From: a virus
Length of the DNA stretch: 64,000 bases
Reading direction: 5' to 3' (one strand)
Virus record (IMG/VR): IMGVR_UViG_3300042465_004012
Span: 14,000-77,999 of that record
Made by a program: the position numbers and the translations under genes. Shown piece after piece: positions 48,504 through 57,181 of this stretch (positions are counted from its first letter, which is position 1; every line of letters starts with the position of its first letter). Under the pieces are notes generated by a model. The model did not search any database. It had not been told where the DNA came from and worked only from the letters and a program-made list of their open reading frames with translations.

Positions 48504-50876
48504 ATGAGTGACCATGTTAATAAGAATTTTATCTCCAGTATAACTGGTAAGCATTTGTTGACTGAATCAGATAAACGCTTAATTCTTAAAAAAGAAAAAG
48601 AAGCTGCTGAAATTTTACGTCTACAACAAGTAAAACTTCAAGAGGAATCTAATAAACAACGATTTATAGCAGCTCATTATGAAAAATTAAGAAATCCTTA
48701 TATTCCATCATTAAATAAAGATTTTGCAAAATCTTTGAATGAATCTTTGAGTAGACATTTTTCTAGATTACCTAAGCATTTACATGAACAAGTAACTTCT
48801 CCTTCTGATTGGGTTCCACAAAACACTCCTGTTGGAATATTTTATGTAAATAAAATTACCGGTGAGTGGATGAATTCTTTTGGTCATGTAGCACTCAGTT
48901 TAGAAGATTTATTACACGCTACTGGTGAAGAAATGGATTCTGATGTATCGCAAAGATCATTAACTGCGCAAACAATTGAAGATCCAATACTTCCTGCAGC
49001 AACAAGCATTCTTGACTATGAAATTTGGTCAACAACATTTTATGATGTTCCAACATGGAATACTGAAAGTTACACCACTTTCGCTATAGTTCCTTCTATC
49101 TTTTTAATAACAAATCAGTATAATGGATATAGAAATATAGGAAATACATCAGCATCTGACTGGACTACTGGTCTCAGAAATACATTTGTAAGTCTCGCTT
49201 CTTCCATTCCAGAAAGTAGAAGAGTATGTTTGGTATACGCATACTTTGATGAAATGGTTCCTTTTTCGTGGAATAAAACTGCATATTATGCAAATACATT
49301 GGACGGTGTAACTTATGGAAACAGAAGATTTTTGACTCCTTGGATGGATACAATGTATTCAGAGCATAAAGATCACTTTAAAACTGTGCTTCAATATTTG
49401 GATTCAAACAATATAACAATTCCTTATTTCCAAGATGACAAGGAATCTGCGGCTCCAATATTTGGCTTGGATGGATTAGCTCTTTATTATGGACAATCAA
49501 GTTTTGATGCTTCCGGTAACCCAACAGCGATTTGGGCTAATACCGGTTATGGTGGAATATATTATTATGACGCAAGAATAACAGCATCATACATGCATGA
49601 TTCAAGATTTACTGGGCTTACAAATCCTCAATCAAATCAAACTTTGTCTGCTTCTATAGTAGATATATACAATTCTATACCAGGAAATACTCCATTTACA
49701 GGAAGTGCACCTGAATTGCTATCAAGAGCATATGGAGTAACTCATCCGGGCGACTTTGTTGCATATGGATTCTACAATGAAAGACCTTACAGTTATTATG
49801 GACCCGGACCAGCAGTTACAGAATCTCAAAGAAGAAATGATATATCGATAAAACGTTCTCACTTGTCTGCAATGAATGAATTGATACAAGGAAATTATGC
49901 GTCAAGAGTTTTTTATGATACATTTGATGAAGTACCAAGATTTAATTCTTCAATTTATTCAGATTATGAAGAAGCTCCAATATCACCAGAAGAATCAATA
50001 TATTATCAAGATTCAAATGATGAACCGTTAATAATACGAGAATACCCAAATATGAGCGGTGGTCATGCTTGGTATGCAAATGCAGGAAATATAATAAGAC
50101 CATTTAGTCCAATGTTTCCAGGATCTCCAACATATATTTCTGGATATGTTAGAAATCCACAAACTAATGATGAGAGATACAATTTTAAAGGTCATCAAAA
50201 TCCATCTTATGTACCCAGCCCTGGTGCAACACTTGTTAGATATGCAAACCAGACATCATCTAGTACACAAGTTCAAAGAGAATTAGCATATAAACAATTT
50301 GTTTGGGATTTAAAAACTCTAAGACTCCAATATAGGTCAAAGCCTGATTTTTGGTCAGTTCATGCTCCTTGGCTTTGGCTTGACAGTTATAATGGATATT
50401 ATAACTCATCATATGATAGCGGAAGGTATGGAGCAGAATTTGTTTACCATCTTATTTTACATGGAGTTTTGTATTTAACTGACTTTGGAAATGGATATGA
50501 CGGAGGTTCACGAACTATATACCAGAATATATTGAATAAATGGAGAGATATAAGTTATAACTCAAACTCTCGACCATGCTCAAATGCAACCGGTGATGTC
50601 GATGAACTTGTAGACAGACTTGTTCTTGCAGATGCTTTTGATAATGTTGCTATGAGTGGAGGGCGACTCACCAGAACTGGAAAATATTTGTGGAGAATAA
50701 CAGCACCACCATCTGCAATAAGATCAAATGGAACCATAGTATTCCAAAGAGTTGGAACTGATTCTGATATTCCAGCTACTGTAACTTGTTCGCCAACAGA
50801 TCCATATGATGGGCGCGGTATGTGGATAAAACGTTTAGTATCCACACCACCACAATACGTCACTGTACCAGAATAA
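48504..50876 (+). CDS. Large late protein: head-protein-like N-terminus plus Tyr/Trp-rich globular domain
   Basis: AATAAATA 5 nt upstream; LTE, LNE and LHE sites. Confidence 0.65.
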   Translation: MSDHVNKNFISSITGKHLLTESDKRLILKKEKEAAEILRLQQVKLQEESNKQRFIAAHYEKLRNPYIPSLNKDFAKSLNESLSRHFSRLPKHLHEQVTSPSDWVPQNTPVGIFYVNKITGEWMNSFGHVALSLEDLLHATGEEMDSDVSQRSLTAQTIEDPILPAATSILDYEIWSTTFYDVPTWNTESYTTFAIVPSIFLITNQYNGYRNIGNTSASDWTTGLRNTFVSLASSIPESRRVCLVYAYFDEMVPFSWNKTAYYANTLDGVTYGNRRFLTPWMDTMYSEHKDHFKTVLQYLDSNNITIPYFQDDKESAAPIFGLDGLALYYGQSSFDASGNPTAIWANTGYGGIYYYDARITASYMHDSRFTGLTNPQSNQTLSASIVDIYNSIPGNTPFTGSAPELLSRAYGVTHPGDFVAYGFYNERPYSYYGPGPAVTESQRRNDISIKRSHLSAMNELIQGNYASRVFYDTFDEVPRFNSSIYSDYEEAPISPEESIYYQDSNDEPLIIREYPNMSGGHAWYANAGNIIRPFSPMFPGSPTYISGYVRNPQTNDERYNFKGHQNPSYVPSPGATLVRYANQTSSSTQVQRELAYKQFVWDLKTLRLQYRSKPDFWSVHAPWLWLDSYNGYYNSSYDSGRYGAEFVYHLILHGVLYLTDFGNGYDGGSRTIYQNILNKWRDISYNSNSRPCSNATGDVDELVDRLVLADAFDNVAMSGGRLTRTGKYLWRITAPPSAIRSNGTIVFQRVGTDSDIPATVTCSPTDPYDGRGMWIKRLVSTPPQYVTVPE

Positions 50877-50908
50877 TGTGTAACGATAAATAAGAAGGAA
50901 TCAAAATT

Positions 50909-51166
50909 ATGCTAAAATTTTCTCAGTTTATCAATGAGTATGCGCAACCACCAAAGAAGAGAGATACTGCTTCTCAACTTGGTCTAGCCATCGAACCAGA
51001 AGAAGAAGCAGAATATTCAAATATTGTAAATTCTCATATTGATGATCCCAATACAGCAGAAGTAGAAGCACAATCTGGTGATTTAAGTTGGCAAGATACC
51101 AATCAGGCAGTGAGTAACTATGTCGGTAAACAAGTTGCTGACATGAAACGAAAGGCTGGACTATGA
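50909..51166 (+). CDS. Putative internal head protein
   Basis: GATAAATA and AAGGA upstream; MLKFSQFINE-Y. Confidence 0.65.
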   Translation: MLKFSQFINEYAQPPKKRDTASQLGLAIEPEEEAEYSNIVNSHIDDPNTAEVEAQSGDLSWQDTNQAVSNYVGKQVADMKRKAGL

Positions 51167-51684
51167 ACAACGATATTTACAGTGAATTAGGTTTAGATGC
51201 ACAATCTTTGTACGAAGGTTTAAAAAGAACCTTGCGTCGTTTAAAATCAAAAAATGATAAAGGTGCTCTTGATGCTGCCGAAAGAGAAGTAAAGCGTCAA
51301 GGTCATAGATCTGGAAGAATAAAATATAATAAAGATACTCGTAAAGAATATGAATTTGATAAAGGAATTAAAACATCCTTACCAAGACATGAACTTAAAC
51401 GAGAAGAAGAAAGTCTACGGGCTCTTAAATTCAATAGACAGGGAATTGCTCTCGCAGCATATCCAAATATACCAGGTGACAGATATGACCATTTTAATAA
51501 ATCAGCTCAGTTAGATAGAAAAGAATTATCTAAAATGGGTAAAGCTGCTGAAAGTAGAACTACAGCAGCAGCAAGAGCAGAAGATATCTACAATGAACAA
51601 CCTGTAGTCAAAGCCAAAGATGACAGAGCAAAAGATAATTTTCTTAAAACTCTCTTAAAAATGCAAGATTTAGGTCTTGCCTAA
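51163..51684 (+). CDS. Basic putative internal head protein
   Basis: ATGA overlap; LYE-G then Lys/Arg rich. Confidence 0.6.
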   Translation: MNNDIYSELGLDAQSLYEGLKRTLRRLKSKNDKGALDAAEREVKRQGHRSGRIKYNKDTRKEYEFDKGIKTSLPRHELKREEESLRALKFNRQGIALAAYPNIPGDRYDHFNKSAQLDRKELSKMGKAAESRTTAAARAEDIYNEQPVVKAKDDRAKDNFLKTLLKMQDLGLA

Positions 51685-51686
51685 AC

Positions 51687-51854
51687 TTATTCTTCTGTTG
51701 CTTTGAGTTCAGACACAACATATCCAATTACTGCACCAATGACCGAACCTATGAGTGCACCCATTGGATTTAATGTATACAAATAACCAAGTACATTAAA
51801 TAAACATAAGAAAATAAAAACCAACAAGAGTTTTATAGATACAATACGTTTCAT
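51687..51854 (-). CDS. 55-aa two-TM membrane protein (not in ORF track)
   Basis: MKRIVSIKLLLVFIFLCLF...GALIGSVIGAVIGY; TAATG overlap. Confidence 0.6.
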   Translation of the reverse strand: MKRIVSIKLLLVFIFLCLFNVLGYLYTLNPMGALIGSVIGAVIGYVVSELKATEE

Positions 51855-52273
51855 TATTTTGTTTCTTTCATTTTAATAAATTCTTCATCACACAAAGTCA
51901 CTATAGGCATTTCTTTGGAACGAAGTGTTCCTCGTTTTCCTGTGATCTGACAGATATCATATGATTTCTTTTCGTATTCATCAATGATAACAGTTGCCTT
52001 ATCCCATAGATCATTATCTTCTGTGAGAAAACTACAATAGAATCGAAGACCACCAAACTTTTCTTTAATTTGATCAATGGTGATACCAATCATATACTCA
52101 TCTTCATTGAGTGGATACTTAGCATATGAATCAACGAGTAGTGGAGTAAGTTTAGAACAGAGTTCATCAACAAGATTCATCCAACCATCAGGTATATCAG
52201 ACCATGCTGCTTCTGACATATTAGCAAACACAAGTGGATGTTTCTCTGCAAGTTTTTTAATATTATCACTCAT
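51854..52273 (-). CDS. Conserved phage protein (QIKEKFGGLRFY family)
   Basis: DGW..L, QIKEKFGGLRFY, IC..TG..G, TLC. Confidence 0.8.
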   Translation of the reverse strand: MSDNIKKLAEKHPLVFANMSEAAWSDIPDGWMNLVDELCSKLTPLLVDSYAKYPLNEDEYMIGITIDQIKEKFGGLRFYCSFLTEDNDLWDKATVIIDEYEKKSYDICQITGKRGTLRSKEMPIVTLCDEEFIKMKETK

Positions 52274-52451
52274 CACTGCCTTTACCCCATCCCGTTCCGT
52301 GTTTATATGCGTTGATGATATCTTCTGTATACTTACCTGATGCTTTGAGTACTCGAATTTCTTCAGCAGCATCACGACAAATATCATAAACCTCTTGGTT
52401 TACTGTGCGCCATTTGTCAGCCATATTTCGCAATCTTGTTTCTATATCCAT
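52266..52451 (-). CDS. Hypothetical protein
   Basis: DIETRLR..DAAEEI motif. Confidence 0.6.
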   Translation of the reverse strand: MDIETRLRNMADKWRTVNQEVYDICRDAAEEIRVLKASGKYTEDIINAYKHGTGWGKGSDE

Positions 52452-52452
52452 T

Positions 52453-52560
52453 TTAATTATCCGTTGGTAGTATCATAAGACATAGTATGTATACAGTAAA
52501 TCCAACAGCAACCAATACATCTACACCTAAAATAATTATTCCGATTGTTGCATTACTCAT
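52453..52560 (-). CDS. 35-aa single-TM peptide (not in ORF track)
   Basis: MSNATIGIIILGVDVLVAVGFTVYILCLMILPTDN; starts 4 nt after tRNA-Glu. Confidence 0.5.
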   Translation of the reverse strand: MSNATIGIIILGVDVLVAVGFTVYILCLMILPTDN

Positions 52561-52564
52561 TCAG

Positions 52565-52639
52565 TGATCCTTACGGGATTTGAACCCGTGTTATAGCCTT
52601 GAAAGGGCTGTGTCCTTGACCGAGCTAGACGAAAGGACC
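52565..52639 (-). tRNA. tRNA-Glu(TTC)
   Basis: GGTCCTT/AAGGATC, anticodon loop CTTTCAA, GGTTCAAATCC. Confidence 0.9.
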
Positions 52640-52641
52640 AA

Positions 52642-52884
52642 TTAGCTATTCATTTGTCTATTATATTGTTTTTGATACTGTTTGTTTATTCTCATCATAT
52701 CATCAACTTGATTACGTGTCAACTTACTTATATCTTGATTAAATATTTGTTTTACATCATCAGGCATGAGAGCAAAATGTGGAGGATCAGGAAAATCTTT
52801 AGGATTAGCAGGTGTTTGAAACTCTCGTCTATCTTTAAAGTCTTTCCAAACTTTTCCTTTTCTTACAGATCTATATCTTCCCAT
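52642..52884 (-). CDS. Hypothetical protein
   Basis: Part of the - strand operon. Confidence 0.55.
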   Translation of the reverse strand: MGRYRSVRKGKVWKDFKDRREFQTPANPKDFPDPPHFALMPDDVKQIFNQDISKLTRNQVDDMMRINKQYQKQYNRQMNS

Positions 52885-52887
52885 TTT

Positions 52888-53154
52888 TTATTCTTTAGGA
52901 GCACAATCAATTTCTCGTTGTGCATCCTTGGCATAGAATGTCATCTTCATCTCATAGAAATCCCGTTCCTTAGTGAGAAACTGAATTCGTTCTGATGCTT
53001 CACGCAACAGATCACGCACCACTTTGTGTGCAAAATCTGAGTGCTCTTCAAGACGAGCCACAAGAGTAGATGCATCATTGATCCGTGCATTATCGTTTGT
53101 TGGTGTCATTGTCATTGCAATCTTTTCTCCGAGTGTAGGTAGTTTAATTCTCAT
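52888..53154 (-). CDS. Hypothetical protein
   Basis: Part of the - strand operon; LV.RL..EA..RI..L..ERD. Confidence 0.6.
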   Translation of the reverse strand: MRIKLPTLGEKIAMTMTPTNDNARINDASTLVARLEEHSDFAHKVVRDLLREASERIQFLTKERDFYEMKMTFYAKDAQREIDCAPKE

Positions 53155-53161
53155 TGATATT

Positions 53162-53392
53162 TTACTTTCTAAACTTATTCATGAATTCACACTTACAATG
53201 CTTGAACTCAATGTCATCTGTGTGAATGAGAAGACCATCCCATTCATCGCACCAATGCCATCCATTGGCAAGTTCTTCTGCTGTGAGCATGACGATAAAA
53301 TCTTCATCGTCAAAGGGCTGCATCAGAAAGTCAAATCGTCCCTGAGTCATTCCGTGTTTTATAAATTCTCCATCAGCCATTGGTCTTTTCAT
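53162..53392 (-). CDS. Hypothetical protein (GWHWC.EWDGL family)
   Basis: LT.EE..GWHWCDEWDGLLI..CKC. Confidence 0.65.
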   Translation of the reverse strand: MKRPMADGEFIKHGMTQGRFDFLMQPFDDEDFIVMLTAEELANGWHWCDEWDGLLIHTDDIEFKHCKCEFMNKFRK

Positions 53393-53792
53393 CCTGTGCT
53401 AACTTTTGAAAAAGATCATTGTGTTTGGTGCTGATACTGTTGTGACTAGTTGATACAGATTCACTGCGTTGATCTAACGCTTTGAAGCAACCCCAGTCAT
53501 TGTCATGGGCATAATCTTCTGCTTTCATTTGGCAACCTGTTGGCTGTGTTCGTGTGTACATATCGCAAAGATTTACTCTAGCCTCATCACGTTCTTCTCG
53601 TAACTTCTTGTTCATCAATCCAACAGGTTCGCAGGCGTTGCAGCAGCCCTCAAAGCCTTCTTTGAGTTCTTTGATTACATTGTTAAGTCTAACAACCTCT
53701 TGACGAAGTTGTGTAATCTCTGCCCATAGCGTAACGGACAAAGGAAGACCTGCATTACCGTGATCATTATCGCCTACGAATGTGTTAGCCAT
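53373..53792 (-). CDS. Hypothetical protein
   Basis: Coiled coil, CC..CE, ERDEAR..WGCF. Confidence 0.6.
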   Translation of the reverse strand: MANTFVGDNDHGNAGLPLSVTLWAEITQLRQEVVRLNNVIKELKEGFEGCCNACEPVGLMNKKLREERDEARVNLCDMYTRTQPTGCQMKAEDYAHDNDWGCFKALDQRSESVSTSHNSISTKHNDLFQKLAQDEKTNG

Positions 53793-53799
53793 TGGTATT

Positions 53800-53997
53800 T
53801 TACTTTCCTACTGTAATGGTGATCTTCTGACAAAGTTGCAGACTCATGAGAAACAATGTACTTGCAGCAAACGTAAGCATGGCGAGAATACCCAAATCAA
53901 GCAGTATAGAGAATACACCCGGTGGGGGCATCAATGACAGAGTATAACGCTTGTAAGCAGGCTTAGTGATTTTCTTTTTAGTTGTTTTAGTGCTCAT
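53800..53997 (-). CDS. Small membrane protein, leaderless
   Basis: TTGACA(54031-54026)-16-TATCAT(54009-54004), ATG 6 nt later; one TM. Confidence 0.65.
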   Translation of the reverse strand: MSTKTTKKKITKPAYKRYTLSLMPPPGVFSILLDLGILAMLTFAASTLFLMSLQLCQKITITVGK

Positions 53998-54027
53998 ATG
54001 TATATGATACCTTGTTTAAATCAAATG

Positions 54028-54459
54028 TCAAGCAATTCGTTGTCTTTTTAAGAAGAATAGGGCAGCAATACCAAGTATCACTAGAACGCCCGGAGATGGC
54101 ACAGGAGGAGCATTACCCACCAATGGCATGGTTTGGATTGCCCCCATACAAACGCTCTCTACACGATCATACATGATTGGAATAGCAAACTGTTGATCAA
54201 CCATTTGAACTGTCTTAACTAAGACTCCACCATTGTAAAGTTTATAAACCCATAGTCCATCAGCAGTTCCCATGAACAAATTTGATGAAAAGTTTGTAAC
54301 AGCAACTGTTGGAGGTTCAATGGCATTACCCAATGGTTCCATCATGTTATAAGCAGAATCAAATTTTAAAATATCTTTATATGCGACTTCCACATACATA
54401 GAACCCTGATATACAGAATCATGAAAGATTTGCCCAGCAGAGTATAAGGTGGAGATCAT
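54028..54459 (-). CDS. PEP-CTERM-like sorting-signal protein, leaderless
   Basis: C-terminal VPSPG-VLVILGIAALFFL-KRQR; TTGATT-17-TATAAT, ATG 6 nt later. Confidence 0.7.
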   Translation of the reverse strand: MISTLYSAGQIFHDSVYQGSMYVEVAYKDILKFDSAYNMMEPLGNAIEPPTVAVTNFSSNLFMGTADGLWVYKLYNGGVLVKTVQMVDQQFAIPIMYDRVESVCMGAIQTMPLVGNAPPVPSPGVLVILGIAALFFLKRQRIA

Positions 54460-54507
54460 TTGTATATTATACCATTAGGGGCATTTAGAATCAATAAATA
54501 TTATACT

Positions 54508-54750
54508 ATGAATCACATTACACGTCATTATCAAAATTTAGCAGAACAACTTGAAAAAGAACTTCAATTTTTAGAAGAAAAACTTAAAGCAAAATTAAAA
54601 TCAAGAAAAGCAAGAAAACTTGACCCAGTAGGTAAGGAAGATGGAGACATCAATAACGATGGTCTCAAAAATAAAACTGATGGATATCTTGCTAATCGCC
54701 GTAAAGCAGTTTCTATGGCAATGAAGAAGAAGAAGAACAAGAATAGATAA
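54508..54750 (+). CDS. Putative internal head protein (LDPVGKEDGDINNDG family)
   Basis: AATAAATA 7 nt upstream; MNHITRHYQNLAEQL..LEE. Confidence 0.7.
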   Translation: MNHITRHYQNLAEQLEKELQFLEEKLKAKLKSRKARKLDPVGKEDGDINNDGLKNKTDGYLANRRKAVSMAMKKKKNKNR

Positions 54751-55155
54751 ATGAAAAAATTTAAAGAATTTTTAGCCGAATCTACTGATCTTTACGAAGA
54801 GAAGGATGCCTGTTACAAAAAGGCAATGGCTTCGTACGGTAAGTGGTCAGCACGAGCAGCCCAAGCAACGGCTAAGTGTCGTAAAGGCAAGGGCAAGGTT
54901 AAAAAGTCTAAGGCAGGAGCAAACCTAAAGAGATGGGAAGCAGAAGATTGGGTAGACACCAAGTCAGGTAAAGATTGTGGTGCTGGTGGAAAAAATGAGT
55001 ATTGCAGACCAAGCAAGAGAGTCAGCAGTAAGACTCCCAAGACAGCCTCAGAGATGTCTTCCAAGGAACTCAAGAGTAAGAAGGCAGAGAAGTCAAGAGT
55101 AGGAATGCAGGGAGCAGGTGGTAACAAAGTTTCCCCCACCAAGAGAAACACATGA
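54751..55155 (+). CDS. Basic putative internal head protein
   Basis: MKKFKEFLAE-S; DACY.K..W.A..KCRK, LKRW..EDWVD, YCRP.KRVS.KTP. Confidence 0.75.
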   Translation: MKKFKEFLAESTDLYEEKDACYKKAMASYGKWSARAAQATAKCRKGKGKVKKSKAGANLKRWEAEDWVDTKSGKDCGAGGKNEYCRPSKRVSSKTPKTASEMSSKELKSKKAEKSRVGMQGAGGNKVSPTKRNT

Positions 55156-55445
55156 AAAGTTTTAAAGAATTTTTAAATGAATCTTCAGCATGGCAACGCA
55201 AAGAGGGAAAGAACCCTGAAGGGGGACTTAACAAAAAGGGAGTTGCTGCATATCGTAGAGAGAACCCAGGTTCCAAACTTCAAACTGCTGTTACCACAAA
55301 GCCTTCTAAACTTAAGCCTGGGTCAAAGGCAGCAAAAAGAAGAAAGTCTTTCTGTGCAAGAATGGGCGGAATGCCCGGACCAATGAAAGATGAAAAGGGA
55401 AGACCTACAAGAAAAGCCTTATCACTCAGAAAGTGGAACTGCTGA
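55152..55445 (+). CDS. Basic putative internal head protein
   Basis: MKSFKEFLNE-S; AWQRKEGKNP.GGLN, RRKSFCARM, LRKWNC. Confidence 0.75.
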   Translation: MKSFKEFLNESSAWQRKEGKNPEGGLNKKGVAAYRRENPGSKLQTAVTTKPSKLKPGSKAAKRRKSFCARMGGMPGPMKDEKGRPTRKALSLRKWNC

Positions 55446-55618
55446 TGAAGAAATTTAAAGAATTTTTAAAAGGTAAGAAGAAGAAAAAGAAGAAGACTTC
55501 TAAGAAGAAGCCTACTAGATCCTTTTTCCCCTATTACGGGTTTGGTGGTATGTATGGGAACAACCACGAACATGGTGGTGAAGGAGAAGGTGGAGGAGAT
55601 GGTGGAGGGGGAGAGTAA
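55445..55618 (+). CDS. Small Lys/Gly-rich putative internal protein
   Basis: MKKFKEFL; TGATG overlap. Confidence 0.6.
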   Translation: MKKFKEFLKGKKKKKKKTSKKKPTRSFFPYYGFGGMYGNNHEHGGEGEGGGDGGGGE

Positions 55619-55621
55619 GAT

Positions 55622-56161
55622 TCAACGCTCCCAATACACAGTCTCACCTCTTTTATAAAATTTTAAATTATTTGAATGTTTATCATTCACGAAATGCTTA
55701 TCTTTCAAAGTAAAGTAATTATTGGGAACGAGAGCAAAGTACCCACAGTCAAGAGCAATAAGACTTAAAGGCTTATGTTCAGCAGGGTATCGAGAATACC
55801 CATCTTCCCAATCAAGTATAATTCCGGTGTGCCTACCTTCTTTTCCTGCATGAAAGACATTCACGGAAAGCCCTTCCAAGTAGGTTGCCATAAAAGTTTC
55901 AATATTATTTCCCATTCCACCCCAAGGTTGAATGTTAATATTACTATTGTCATCAAAGACATCAGTAGTCGATAAGGCAGATAAAGGAAGACCTGACCAA
56001 TGAGCACCTGATTGAAGAATCACATGACAACAGATCAACTGACCGGGACGAGAAAACACACCATGCCAAATAGCGGGAGTATAACCATCAGGCATATTCT
56101 CTCCAAGAAAAGAATTTTTAACATTTACATACAGGTGATAAGGTAAAGTAACATTTCTCAT
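55622..56161 (-). CDS. Conserved phage hypothetical protein
   Basis: H.YV.V...FL, SRPG, SGA.W.GLPL.AL, QPW, EHK, PNN. Confidence 0.7.
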   Translation of the reverse strand: MRNVTLPYHLYVNVKNSFLGENMPDGYTPAIWHGVFSRPGQLICCHVILQSGAHWSGLPLSALSTTDVFDDNSNINIQPWGGMGNNIETFMATYLEGLSVNVFHAGKEGRHTGIILDWEDGYSRYPAEHKPLSLIALDCGYFALVPNNYFTLKDKHFVNDKHSNNLKFYKRGETVYWER

Positions 56162-56511
56162 GGAAGGTATATAGGGGGGTAAATGGGGTATGCGAGGGAT
56201 GGTAGAGGGGTAAAAGGAAACTTTGGAAAATTTTTGAATCCTGTCCTACAAAAACATCTAGTACACCCTCTCAGACTCGTTTACAACAGCCCTGAGAGGC
56301 TCTCTAAGCCCTTTTAGCCCTCAAAGGCACTCTACAGACCTCTAAGACCCTCCAAGAGCCTATAAACGATTCTTCTGAGACAATCTCTATACAAAATTTA
56401 TCATATTTTTTGAATCCTGTCCAAGGCCCCCCTCCAAGAGGGCTCACATAGTACATTATACCACAGTATTCTACAAAATCAATACAATTTTCTCAAATAC
56501 CATCCATATTT

Positions 56512-56835
56512 TTACAATCCTCTCCTTTTTGAATACCGTCCGAGTATTTGAGAGCTCGCTGGCATACAAGAGCATTCAGACTGGTATGGTATAGAGTGCC
56601 GATAGGCTGATAGTACATTGGCGAATAATACATCTGTTCTCTGTCCATGGATATCGTCCTGAATACCGTCCACAGGAGTTTCAATATACACCAAGGTATC
56701 AGAAGACACCATGGACAGAGGCAGATGCGCCGAAGTAGCAGAAGATTGGTCTTGCAGAACTCTAGAGGTTTCTGGGTTCACGCTCTCAAGCCCAGACAGC
56801 GAGGGGCGAGAAGTGGTTGGTCTGATAACACTCAT
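56512..56835 (-). CDS. Hypothetical protein, leaderless (uncertain)
   Basis: TTGTAA(56870-56865)-16-TATAAT(56848-56843), ATG 7 nt later; the protein sequence itself is unconvincing. Confidence 0.35.
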   Translation of the reverse strand: MSVIRPTTSRPSLSGLESVNPETSRVLQDQSSATSAHLPLSMVSSDTLVYIETPVDGIQDDIHGQRTDVLFANVLSAYRHSIPYQSECSCMPASSQILGRYSKRRGL

Positions 56836-56872
56836 ATACCATATTATACCACAGATCAAACTTATTACAATA

Positions 56873-57032
56873 GTCAAGGTCAAACTTTAGGTTATCACAG
56901 ATTTTTTTAAATTGTTTGTGACAGGGTATTATTGGACGCGACCTATCGGCTTTTTGGGTGCGCGGGAACTATATTCTACCATACGCGAAGGGCTGTGTCA
57001 AGGTCAAAATTTTAGTTATCACGAATTTTTTT
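56873..57032. repeat. Direct repeat of about 36 nt upstream of two - strand promoters
   Basis: gtcaaggtcaaa.ttt.gttatcac...ttttttt at 56873 and 56997. Confidence 0.7.
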
Positions 57033-57084
57033 GTTGATAGGCTGTGGCTGATAGTACAAAGTCCGATAATTATTATTTTTTATT
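56928..57084 (+). other. CCGATAG-box cassette, copy A (expanded)
   Basis: CTATCGGC 56943-56950 ... GCTGATAG-TACAAAGTCCGATAAT 57047-57070, then A/T run. Confidence 0.65.
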
Positions 57085-57126
57085 CTGGACTCCCAGGCGC
57101 TCTCCCTGGGTGGGAATAAAATAAAA

Positions 57127-57154
57127 CCACCTAGACTCTTGACAGTCTAGGTGG
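57127..57154 (-). terminator. Intrinsic terminator of the VWA gene
   Basis: CCACCTAGACT-cttgac-AGTCTAGGTGG with T-tract on the - strand. Confidence 0.85.
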
Positions 57155-57181
57155 CGAACCCTCTACGGTTACTGTTTGTCT

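Noticed and set aside
56260-57070. CRISPR or mini-array
   Set aside because: Repeats are degenerate and irregularly spaced with no repeat-spacer periodicity; no cas genes
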